Positions 26,002 to 35,155 of a stretch of 64,000 nucleotides of DNA are shown here, piece by piece (position 1 is the stretch's first letter; each line of letters begins with the position of its first letter). The notes below the pieces were generated by a model, which saw only the letters and a list, made by a program, of their open reading frames with translations, was not told where the DNA came from and searched no databases. The translations under genes were made by a program, and so were the position numbers. Source of the stretch: a virus; IMG/VR virus record IMGVR_UViG_3300044970_001685, one strand, 5' to 3'.

Positions 26002-26737
26002 AATGACATTAGCAATACCATTTTATAATACATCTCAGTATTTTAAAGAGGCAGTAGAGTTTGCATTAAATAATGATTTTGTAAAAGAAATTGTCGTTAA
26101 TGATGATGGATCCTATGAAGAAGAATGGGATAATTTAAATTCAATTGTAGGTACTTTGAATAGTAATAAAATAAAAGTATTCAGAAATGAAGTAAATCTT
26201 GGTGGATTCCGAAACAAATATAATTCTGTTCAAAACTCAACGTGTGAGTGGGTTTATCTGTTAGATAGTGATAATCATCCAGCAGAAACAACCTTAGATA
26301 TTATCAAAAACATAAAAGATCCAGATCCAGACATCTGTTATATTCCACAGAAATTGCTTCTTTATAAAGATGATGGTTATCGTAATGAAGTCTTTTATGA
26401 TTTTAAATATGAGAAAATTGGCATTGATGAAGCGCAAGATGCACTTTTGAAAAAAACAAAATGGTTTGATTGGTTTCTGAATACTGGAAACTTTGTATTC
26501 AATCGTGAAAAATATCTTGAAAGATTAAGATCTGGTTATGAAGATTTAGAGGAACCAGTTTATGCTTGTAGTATTGCTTTTTCTTATCACTGGATGAGTA
26601 AAGGTGGATATTATAAGGTGACACCAGAAATGGAGTATTACCATAGACTTCGTAATGATAGTTATTGGAATGCTTGTGGTGGAAATTCTGATCTATCTGC
26701 AAAATATTATCATCAACGTATTATTGACTTAGTATGA
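25994..26737 (+). CDS. glycosyltransferase family 2
   Basis: AIPFYN, NDDGS, NLG, LLDSDN. Confidence 0.9.
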   Translation: MNEMTLAIPFYNTSQYFKEAVEFALNNDFVKEIVVNDDGSYEEEWDNLNSIVGTLNSNKIKVFRNEVNLGGFRNKYNSVQNSTCEWVYLLDSDNHPAETTLDIIKNIKDPDPDICYIPQKLLLYKDDGYRNEVFYDFKYEKIGIDEAQDALLKKTKWFDWFLNTGNFVFNREKYLERLRSGYEDLEEPVYACSIAFSYHWMSKGGYYKVTPEMEYYHRLRNDSYWNACGGNSDLSAKYYHQRIIDLV

Positions 26738-27447
26738 TTACCGTAGCAATACCTTACTATAATAGTGAAAAATATTTAGAACAGGCATTGGAATTGCCAC
26801 TGAGTTCTGATTTTGTATCTGAGATTATCATTCACGATGATTGTTCTGAAAATGAAATAGAATCAACACATCCAAAAATTAAGATTTATAGAAATCAAAC
26901 AAATCTAGGTGCATTTAAAAATAAGTATCTGGCGGTTTCAAAAGCATCTAATGATTGGGTGTATCTTCTTGATAGTGATAATTATTTTTTTGAAAATTCT
27001 TTGGAAGTTGTAAAAAATATTAAACCTCAAAGAGGTAGGTATTATTCTCCATCACAACTTCATTTAGTTGACGATGGATTGGATCAAAGTCTTAATGGTA
27101 AAATTGTAAAATATGATTTTGGTCAAGTTGACGGATCTAGGGCGAGAGATATATTAAAATCTGGTAGTGGTGAGTTTGAATGGTTGATCAATACTGGAAA
27201 CTTTTTTATAAATCGTGATGACTATGTATCGTCAATGCAGTCCATAATTGATGATCAAACATATCCTTATTTTGAAGCAGACGCAATAGTGTTTACTTAC
27301 AATTGGTTAAAGAAAGGAAATATTATTGAAGTTGTAGATGATCTATGGTATAATCATAGACTACGGAGTAATAGTTATTCGCATTCTGTTGGAAATAAAA
27401 ATTCAGACTCCTTAAACTATCATAAAAATTTAATTAGAGAATTATGA
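26734..27447 (+). CDS. glycosyltransferase family 2 (tandem paralog)
   Basis: AIPYYN, HDDCS, LLDSDN; shares NTGNF and HRLR with previous gene. Confidence 0.9.
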   Translation: MITVAIPYYNSEKYLEQALELPLSSDFVSEIIIHDDCSENEIESTHPKIKIYRNQTNLGAFKNKYLAVSKASNDWVYLLDSDNYFFENSLEVVKNIKPQRGRYYSPSQLHLVDDGLDQSLNGKIVKYDFGQVDGSRARDILKSGSGEFEWLINTGNFFINRDDYVSSMQSIIDDQTYPYFEADAIVFTYNWLKKGNIIEVVDDLWYNHRLRSNSYSHSVGNKNSDSLNYHKNLIREL

Positions 27448-28319
27448 TTCGTATTGCCGATGTGCCTCAGGAATTTCTTCCAGAAATGCCCGTTCAATAT
27501 CCTCCTCATCAAGGATATAGTCCCATGATTGAGGAGCGAGCATATTCATTCTTTAAATCAAAGCAGGAACTAGAATCGGATTATATTTACATTCCTATTC
27601 AATGGACTTCGTGGCACATTAATCCTGGTGGTGAGTATGGACAAAATACTCAACCACTTATTGATTTTTGCAATCAACTAACTGAAAAGCATCCTAATGA
27701 AAAGTTTTTTACAGTTGTTCAATATGATGGTGGAACATTAGTCCCAATTGATAATTGTAAAATCTTTGCTTCTTCTGGTGATTTTAGTTCACCTCTTGGA
27801 AAAAATTCTTCTTATGAACCAATTCCACTTTTATGTGATCCTCATGGTGGAATTCCCAAAGAAGTAAGGCAATATAAAGTTGGATATGCTGGTAGAGATA
27901 CTCATCCACTTAGAGTTAAAATGAATCAAGTTTTGTCACATTTACCTGGTTATAAGTTTGCTGTTAATCTTGATCATAATAGAACTGAGGTCTTTCGTGA
28001 CATTCTATATAATTCAGTATTTGCACTCTCCCCAAGAGGATTTGGACCTGCTTCATTTAGAATGTATGAAGCAATTCAAATGCAATGCGTACCCATTTAC
28101 ATTAGTGATGAGTTTTGGTTGCCCTTTACGGAATATATTGAATGGGATAAAATGTGTCTATTGATTAACAATGATGAAATTGAAACGATTCCTGAACGAG
28201 TAGATGCTCTATTGGAAAGTGGAGAATATCAAAATATGATTAATTATGGACAAGAAATGTATGAAAAACATTTAACCTGGGATGGTTGCCTAAACACAAT
28301 TGCAAAAATAGTATGCTGA
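27444..28319 (+). CDS. exostosin-like glycosyltransferase (GT47)
   Basis: SVFALSPRGFGPASFRMYEAIQMQCVPIYISD, WLPF. Confidence 0.88.
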   Translation: MIRIADVPQEFLPEMPVQYPPHQGYSPMIEERAYSFFKSKQELESDYIYIPIQWTSWHINPGGEYGQNTQPLIDFCNQLTEKHPNEKFFTVVQYDGGTLVPIDNCKIFASSGDFSSPLGKNSSYEPIPLLCDPHGGIPKEVRQYKVGYAGRDTHPLRVKMNQVLSHLPGYKFAVNLDHNRTEVFRDILYNSVFALSPRGFGPASFRMYEAIQMQCVPIYISDEFWLPFTEYIEWDKMCLLINNDEIETIPERVDALLESGEYQNMINYGQEMYEKHLTWDGCLNTIAKIVC

Positions 28320-29521
28320 TTAATTTTACAAACTTGTATAAAAAATACAATATGAACATCAAAGGTATTGTTCATATTGGAGCTCACTATGGTGAGGAAA
28401 TTCAAGAATATGTTGATAATGGAATTCAAAACATTACTGTTTTTGAACCATTGTCTAAAAATTTTGATGTTCTTGCTAAAAGACTTCAAAATGTAAATGC
28501 GGATATTCAAGGATATCAAACCGCTCTTGGCAGCGAGAAAGGAACTGCTAAGATGTATTTGAGTAGCAATGAAGCACAAAGTAGTTCAATTCTAAAACCA
28601 AAAGATCATCTAGAACATCACCCTGATGTTACATTTGATGGTGATGAAGAAGTAGAAGTTGATCTTCTCGACAATTTTGATCTTCGTTCTGCTAACTTTA
28701 TGAATGTTGATGTTCAGGGTTATGAACTTGAAGTTTTTAAAGGTGCAGTTGAAACTCTAAAAAACATTGATTATGTTTATTGTGAAGTCAATCGTGGGGA
28801 AATGTATGAAGGAAATCCTCTAATTGAAGATATTGATGAGTTCTTAGGTGAGTATGGATTTGAAAGAGTTGAAACTCATTGGCCAGAAACTTGGTATAAG
28901 TGGGGGGATGCTCTTTACGTAAAAAAGTCTAAAAGGGCGGATCTTGTAGATACGTCCAAAAATGGTAAGCAACTCTATTGGAATGCAACTTATGAGTTTA
29001 CCCATAAGTTTTTCAATGAGCACCCAGAACTAAAAGTTGGTGCTGAAATCGGAATTGCTGGTGGGCAACACATCAAACGTCTTTTGGAAAAAACAAACTT
29101 GGAAAAAGTTTATGGAGTTGATCCATTAACTTCTGAGATGTGGACTATTTCAAATATGGATTGTGTGAATGTAGATTCTGACTATGGTGGATTTGATAAT
29201 CTTTATGATCAAATTGTCGGAATGTTAGAACCATATGGTGATAGATCTGAGATTATTCGTAAGACATCTCTGGATGCAGTAGATAATTTTGAAGATGAAT
29301 CATTAGATTTTGTGTTTGTTGATGCAATTCACACTTATGAAAATTGCTTAGAAGATTTGACTGCATGGGAACCAAAAGTAAAACCTGGTGGATATATTAT
29401 GGGTCATGATTGGGAACACCCTTCATATCCTGGTGTGCAAAAAGCAGTAGAAGAATTTTTTGAAGATAAAGAAATAACAGGTGTGTTAAGTCCAGTTCAC
29501 GTTTGGTATGTTCAAAAATGA
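28313..29521 (+). CDS. double methyltransferase (FkbM domain fused to a class I SAM MTase)
   Basis: HIGAHYGEE...DVQGYELEV, then AEIG...DFVFVDAIHTYE...KPGGYIMGHD. Confidence 0.88.
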   Translation: MLINFTNLYKKYNMNIKGIVHIGAHYGEEIQEYVDNGIQNITVFEPLSKNFDVLAKRLQNVNADIQGYQTALGSEKGTAKMYLSSNEAQSSSILKPKDHLEHHPDVTFDGDEEVEVDLLDNFDLRSANFMNVDVQGYELEVFKGAVETLKNIDYVYCEVNRGEMYEGNPLIEDIDEFLGEYGFERVETHWPETWYKWGDALYVKKSKRADLVDTSKNGKQLYWNATYEFTHKFFNEHPELKVGAEIGIAGGQHIKRLLEKTNLEKVYGVDPLTSEMWTISNMDCVNVDSDYGGFDNLYDQIVGMLEPYGDRSEIIRKTSLDAVDNFEDESLDFVFVDAIHTYENCLEDLTAWEPKVKPGGYIMGHDWEHPSYPGVQKAVEEFFEDKEITGVLSPVHVWYVQK

Positions 29522-30213
29522 AAATCTGTATTTTAACTATCGCAACAAACAAGTATATTCAGTTTGTTGAAAGACTTCTTGATAATATTGAGGAGAACTT
29601 TCTAAATGGGCATGATATTGAGTGCTTACTTTTTACCGATCATGAAGTAGAAGCGTCTGATAATGTAAGAGTTTGCCAGATTGACCACGAACCTTGGCCA
29701 ATGCCTACTCTGAAAAGATACAACTACTTTGTAAAAGAAAAGGAGTTTATCTCTCAGTTTGATTATTGTTTCTACTTTGATGTAGATATGGGTCTGGTGA
29801 ATAAGGTTGGTGATGAGGTTCTAAGCGATCTAGTTGCTACCCAGCACCCCTACCAGTCCTTCTATCCTAAGGAACAGAGGTCGTATGATAGAAACCCACA
29901 ATCGCTGGCATACGTGCCTGTGGGTGAGGAAGGTGAGCACTATTATGCTGGTGGATTTAATGGTGGATCTACAAAGAGGTTTCTTGAAATGGCAGAAGTT
30001 CTTGCTGATCGTGTAACCAAGGATCTTGAAAATGGTGTGATTGCTTTATGGCACGATGAATCTCAGATGAATCGTTACCTGATTGATAATTCACCAACTT
30101 TGAGTCTGTCTCCATCATATTGTTTTGCCGAAGAACAAATGGGCAATTCGGATTATCCTTATGAACCTAAAATTATCGCATTGAAGAAGAATCACAATGA
30201 ACTTAGATCTTAG
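29518..30213 (+). CDS. glycosyltransferase family 6 (ABO-transferase-like alpha-1,3-GalNAc/Gal transferase)
   Basis: IATNKY, FTD, WPMPTLKR, DVD, YYAGGFNGG, WHDES. Confidence 0.93.
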   Translation: MKICILTIATNKYIQFVERLLDNIEENFLNGHDIECLLFTDHEVEASDNVRVCQIDHEPWPMPTLKRYNYFVKEKEFISQFDYCFYFDVDMGLVNKVGDEVLSDLVATQHPYQSFYPKEQRSYDRNPQSLAYVPVGEEGEHYYAGGFNGGSTKRFLEMAEVLADRVTKDLENGVIALWHDESQMNRYLIDNSPTLSLSPSYCFAEEQMGNSDYPYEPKIIALKKNHNELRS

Positions 30214-30841
30214 AGAAATTCCTGCTGTTTATATGAATCTTGAACAGCACACTGAAAAGAATGAAAATATGCAAAAAATTCTCAAAGAATGTGGATTCAA
30301 AACAATCATCCGTATAGAAGGAGTTCCTCGTCCAGATTGTCCTGTTGCAGGATGTTCTTCTGCTCATTATAAGGGTTTGTGTGAAATCGATCCACCTTTT
30401 ATTTTGTTTGAAGATGATTGTATGATTAAGAACTTCCGTCCAGAGATTGAAATTCCTGATGATGCTGACGCAGTTTATCTTGGAATTTCTTCTTGGGGAA
30501 GAATGAATGGGCATTCTGGACCTTATGTTCAGTATAATCATGTAAAGGATGATTTATACAGGACTTATAATATGTTAGGTGGACATTCTATCTTGTATCT
30601 AACTGATGAATATGTTAGAATGTGTAAGAGAGTTGCATATCATGCTGGATATGTAATTGAAGGTTATCAAGACATTGGATTTGCTGAGATTCAGCGTTGG
30701 TTTAATGTTTATACTTTTGATGATCCATTTTTCTTCCAAACAAGTGGATATCATGGAACTGTCAATCCATTGACAAGTTATCCCACCGAAGAATGTTTTA
30801 ACTTTAATAAAAACTATTTTTTACCTGAGAGAGTTGTATGA
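30197..30841 (+). CDS. GT25-like glycosyltransferase
   Basis: YMNL, GCSSAH, LFEDD, VYLG. Confidence 0.75.
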   Translation: MNLDLREIPAVYMNLEQHTEKNENMQKILKECGFKTIIRIEGVPRPDCPVAGCSSAHYKGLCEIDPPFILFEDDCMIKNFRPEIEIPDDADAVYLGISSWGRMNGHSGPYVQYNHVKDDLYRTYNMLGGHSILYLTDEYVRMCKRVAYHAGYVIEGYQDIGFAEIQRWFNVYTFDDPFFFQTSGYHGTVNPLTSYPTEECFNFNKNYFLPERVV

Positions 30842-31737
30842 CTAAATCACTAGTTACTGGTGGTGCTGGATTTATTGGTTCTAATCTTGTAGACCGCCTT
30901 CTTGAAATGGGTCATGAAGTTGTGGTGATTGATAATGAGTATTCTGATGCTCATGATCATTTCTATTGGAACGATAAAGCACAAAATTATAAGTATGATA
31001 TTCGTGACTATGTAAACACACGCCCACTTTATGATGGGGTAGACTATGTGTTTCATATTGCAGCAGAAGCACGTATTCAACCAGCTATCGAAAATCCTAT
31101 TGAAGCAGTAAGTATTAATTCTGTTGGAACAGTTACTGTTCTTCAATGTGCTCGTGAGGCTGGTGTAAAACGAGTAATGTATTCTTCTACTTCTTCTGGA
31201 TATGGAATGAATCAGACTCCTAATGTGGAAACTCAACCTGATGATTGTTTAAATCCTTACTCAGTTTCAAAAGTTAATGGAGAAAAACTGTGTAAGATGT
31301 ACACAAATCTCTATGGACTTCAAACTGTTTGCTTCCGATATTTCAATGTATATGGAGAACGTCAACCTCTTCGTGGACAGTATGCTCCCGTAATTGGAAT
31401 TTTCCTTCGTCAACGTTCTGCGGGAGAACCCTTAACAATTGTTGGTGATGGAAATCAACGCCGTGATTTTACATATGTTGGGGATGTTGTAAAAGCAAAT
31501 ATTATGGCGGCAATTTCTAATCCAGATCCAGAAGCATTTGGGCAGGTTTATAATGTTGGAACTGGAAATAATTATTCTATCAACCAGATTGCTAGAATGT
31601 TTGATCATGAGACTGTAAATATTGCTCCTCGTCCAGGTGAGGCACGTATAAGTCTTGCTAATAATCAAAAACTCCGTAAGACTTTTGGTTGGGAACCCAC
31701 AATGAAACTTGAAGATTGGCTTTCCGCACAACTATGA
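30838..31737 (+). CDS. NAD-dependent nucleotide-sugar epimerase (extended SDR, UDP-Glc/GlcNAc 4-epimerase-like)
   Basis: TGGAGFIGSN, YSVSK, RYFNVYG, RDFTYV. Confidence 0.9.
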   Translation: MTKSLVTGGAGFIGSNLVDRLLEMGHEVVVIDNEYSDAHDHFYWNDKAQNYKYDIRDYVNTRPLYDGVDYVFHIAAEARIQPAIENPIEAVSINSVGTVTVLQCAREAGVKRVMYSSTSSGYGMNQTPNVETQPDDCLNPYSVSKVNGEKLCKMYTNLYGLQTVCFRYFNVYGERQPLRGQYAPVIGIFLRQRSAGEPLTIVGDGNQRRDFTYVGDVVKANIMAAISNPDPEAFGQVYNVGTGNNYSINQIARMFDHETVNIAPRPGEARISLANNQKLRKTFGWEPTMKLEDWLSAQL

Positions 31738-32486
31738 TTCACATTTTCACTTCGGTTGTTAATCGTCCTGATTTTGTAACTTTGCAAAATCAACTTTTTA
31801 AAAAGTTTTTAAAGGATGACTATAAATTTCATATTGTTGATGATTCTATTGAATCAACCATAACAGAACAATTTAAATCAATTTGTTCTGAGAATGGGTT
31901 TTCTTATTATAAAAAACCAGAAAGAACAGTATCATTAAATCCTGCACAAGCTTGTGCCGATACTGTTCAATGGACCTATGATACTATTATTAAAGCCAAT
32001 CACCAAAATGACATCGTGTTCTTTTGTGATTCTGATTTATTCTTAATTGATAATTTTAGCATAACTGAATATATGGAAGATGCCATAATTTCAGGTTTGC
32101 CACAATATAGAGGATCTATCACTTATATGTGGAATGGTATTATGTTCTTTAATATGCCAAAGATGGAAGATCTTGATATTGATTTTTCCGATGGTGTGGT
32201 AAATGGAGAACTTACTGATGTTGGTGGAAACACTTATTATTATTTCAAAAAGAATAATTTTTGGATGAAAGAAACCGATGTTCAATATCCAACCAATTAT
32301 AATGAAATTGATTTGCAAAACGAAGAGGTAACCAAGGGATATAATTTTGAGTTACATTTGGATGGTAAGTTTCTTCATTATCGTGCTGCTACTAATTGGC
32401 ATTCTAATTGGAGAGGGTCTGAAGATCCTCTTACCAATAAAACAAAAGTCTTCAATCAAATTATTGAAAGTATTCTTTCCGAATGA
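31734..32486 (+). CDS. putative GT-A glycosyltransferase
   Basis: IVDDS, FCDSDLF, DVGG, LHYR. Confidence 0.65.
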   Translation: MIHIFTSVVNRPDFVTLQNQLFKKFLKDDYKFHIVDDSIESTITEQFKSICSENGFSYYKKPERTVSLNPAQACADTVQWTYDTIIKANHQNDIVFFCDSDLFLIDNFSITEYMEDAIISGLPQYRGSITYMWNGIMFFNMPKMEDLDIDFSDGVVNGELTDVGGNTYYYFKKNNFWMKETDVQYPTNYNEIDLQNEEVTKGYNFELHLDGKFLHYRAATNWHSNWRGSEDPLTNKTKVFNQIIESILSE

Positions 32487-33280
32487 TGGATAAAAATAAA
32501 TCGGTACATAAACTCAAAGGTCTTCCCCCCATTTACTACATCAATCTGGGTGAAAAACCAGAGAGAGCACAGTTTATGGAAGATCAGTTTAAATACTGGG
32601 AAGTTGAAAATTATACTCGTATCTCTGCCTATGATGGTCGGGGAGATAGAGATCTTGGAGATATTCTTAAAGGTCGTTATCCTGATATGATGTCTTCTGG
32701 TGAAGTTGGATGTGTAACTTCACATCTCAAAGCAATGAAGCATTGGTTGGAAACTTCTGATTCCCCTTGTGCTTTAATGATGGAGGATGATTGTGACATA
32801 AGCACTGTCACTCATTGGGGATTTTCTTGGAAAGATTTCTATGCAAAAATTCCTTATGATTATGATGTGATACAACTTGCTATTATTAATCCTGCACAGG
32901 TTCACGTCCAGTTGCATCGTCGTTTTGTAAATGACTTTTCAACTGCTTGTTATATGATCACTCGCCATCACGCACAGAAACTTATCAATCTTCATTGTCG
33001 TGGTGATAAGTATAAACTTGATCAGGGTGTTAAACCAAGAGCAGTTGCTGATGACTTGATTTATAACTCTGGTAATACTTTTTCTATTCCTTTGTTCTTG
33101 TATAAGATTGATCTAGGATCTGACATTCACGATATTCATATTGATGTTTTCCATCGTAGTAGTCACGATGGATTGTGGCAGTTTTGGAGAAATCAATCTG
33201 CTGATGTGTCTGATTGGAATCCGTTCTTTGACTATGATCCATATCTTGGTAGACTTCCTCCTGGTTGGGAAGGAAAATAG
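32483..33280 (+). CDS. glycosyltransferase family 25
   Basis: YYINL..ER, RISAYDG, GEVGCVTSH, MEDD. Confidence 0.9.
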   Translation: MMDKNKSVHKLKGLPPIYYINLGEKPERAQFMEDQFKYWEVENYTRISAYDGRGDRDLGDILKGRYPDMMSSGEVGCVTSHLKAMKHWLETSDSPCALMMEDDCDISTVTHWGFSWKDFYAKIPYDYDVIQLAIINPAQVHVQLHRRFVNDFSTACYMITRHHAQKLINLHCRGDKYKLDQGVKPRAVADDLIYNSGNTFSIPLFLYKIDLGSDIHDIHIDVFHRSSHDGLWQFWRNQSADVSDWNPFFDYDPYLGRLPPGWEGK

Positions 33281-33317
33281 TAAGCATTTATACTTATTTT
33301 GTTAGGACATCCGAACA

Positions 33318-33376
33318 AAGAGGGGCTTGACCCCTCTTTATTTTTGCTATATAATCTTGTAACAGTTCTTTACAAT
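33318..33376 (+). promoter_or_regulatory. terminator-embedded sigma70 promoter plus HLR1-like (RpaB) repeat for hli
   Basis: AAAGAGGGG-CTTGA-CCCCTCTTT; TTGACC-N17-TATAAT (33350-33355); GTAACAGT-TC-TTTACAAT 33359-33376. Confidence 0.75.
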
Positions 33377-33382
33377 ACTACA

Positions 33383-33592
33383 ATGACTGTAACGACTAAT
33401 GATCGAGGACAAATGAATATGTGGGCAATTGAACCACCTGTTTATATTTCTGATGAAGATGCAAAGAAGTATGGAATGAAGAGTTATGCTGAACGAGCCG
33501 AATCTGCTAATGGTCGCTGGGCTATGCTTGGGATCGTGGCTGGTTTTATCTCTTATGCCCTGACAGGCCATCTGTTTTTTGGTGTAATCTGA
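33383..33592 (+). CDS. hli: high-light-inducible protein (long type)
   Basis: AESANGRWAMLG chlorophyll-binding motif; start reassigned to 33383. Confidence 0.93.
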   Translation: MTVTTNDRGQMNMWAIEPPVYISDEDAKKYGMKSYAERAESANGRWAMLGIVAGFISYALTGHLFFGVI

Positions 33593-33601
33593 GACTTGAC
33601 A

Positions 33602-33688
33602 ATGACTTCACTTTTGTTTACAATAACATCCGTTGCCTTCTTTGTTTTGTTGGCACATTCAATAAATCAACTTTCAGAAACTTACTAA
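33602..33688 (+). CDS. 28-aa single-TM microprotein
   Basis: MTSLLFTITSVAFFVLLAHSINQLSETY fills the hli-petF gap. Confidence 0.55.
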   Translation: MTSLLFTITSVAFFVLLAHSINQLSETY

Positions 33689-34250
<562 letters not shown>

Positions 34251-34254
<4 letters not shown>

Positions 34255-34358
34255 ACGAAAGAGCAGAACGTATTAATGGTTGGGCAGCGATGATTGGTGT
34301 CGTTGCTGCAATGGGTTCGTATGCATTTACGGGCCAAATTATTCCTGGTATTTGGTGA
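34251..34358 (+). CDS. hli: high-light-inducible protein (short type)
   Basis: MNERAERINGWAAMIGVVAAMGSYAFTGQIIPGIW; TGQIIPG C-terminus; not in ORF track. Confidence 0.95.
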
Positions 34359-34371
34359 AATGGAGGTTAAA

Positions 34372-34899
34372 ATGCGTAGTGAAGGTTATACTATTCCCGA
34401 AGTCCAATTTCAATTTCGTGAAAATGGAGAATTTGTAACTCGTACATCTTCGGAACTCTTCAATGGAAAGCGTGTGGTCATTTTTAGTCTGCCTGGTGCT
34501 TTCACTCCTACTTGCAGTGCCTATCAGCTTCCTGGATTCGAAGAGAAATATGACGACTTTATTGGTCTTGGCATCGACGATATTTACTGCATCTCTGTTA
34601 ATGATGGGTTTGTGATGAATGCCTGGGCACAAGACCAGAATATCAAGAACGTCACTCTTATCCCTGACGGCAATGCTTACTTCACACGTTCTATGGGTAT
34701 GCTCGTCAATAAGTCTAACCTTGGTTTCGGTGATCGCTCTTGGCGTTATGCTGCTGTCGTGGATAACGGAATCATCGAGAAACTATTCGTTGAAGTGGGG
34801 CAACGGGACAACGCTGACACCGACCCTTATGAGCAGACTACTCCAGAAAATGTTCTAGAATATGTTTCGGCAAATGTAAAAGTGGGTGCTACTGTTTGA
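34372..34899 (+). CDS. type II (Prx5-like) peroxiredoxin
   Basis: LPGAFTPTCS, SVND.FVM.AW, DGN, RSWRY; GGAGGT SD before ATG 34372. Confidence 0.93.
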   Translation: MRSEGYTIPEVQFQFRENGEFVTRTSSELFNGKRVVIFSLPGAFTPTCSAYQLPGFEEKYDDFIGLGIDDIYCISVNDGFVMNAWAQDQNIKNVTLIPDGNAYFTRSMGMLVNKSNLGFGDRSWRYAAVVDNGIIEKLFVEVGQRDNADTDPYEQTTPENVLEYVSANVKVGATV

Positions 34900-34919
34900 T
34901 ATAACACTTAATACTACTC

Positions 34920-34953
34920 AACTCTGTTGCTAAATAGGCAGCAGAGTTTTTTT
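34920..34953 (+). terminator. intrinsic terminator with late promoter in its loop
   Basis: ACTCTGTTGC-TAAATAG-GCAGCAGAGT followed by a T run. Confidence 0.8.
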
Positions 34954-34957
34954 GTAT

Positions 34958-35122
34958 ATGCCACGCGGACACTTGACCAAAGATATTATTAAGTGTGAAG
35001 TACTTAAATTAAAAAAAGATTTAGATAATGAGTGGATGAATAAATCTGGATATGATCCAAAGTGGTTAGCGCATCATTATTTGAACAAAGTATTGGACAA
35101 GATTGATGAGTATAGGGTATAA
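34958..35122 (+). CDS. 54-aa hypothetical protein
   Basis: MPRGHLTKDIIKCEVLKLK...LNKVLDKIDEYRV. Confidence 0.7.
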   Translation: MPRGHLTKDIIKCEVLKLKKDLDNEWMNKSGYDPKWLAHHYLNKVLDKIDEYRV

Positions 35123-35155
35123 TAAATATTATAAGAGCAAAATTGATATTAGTTA

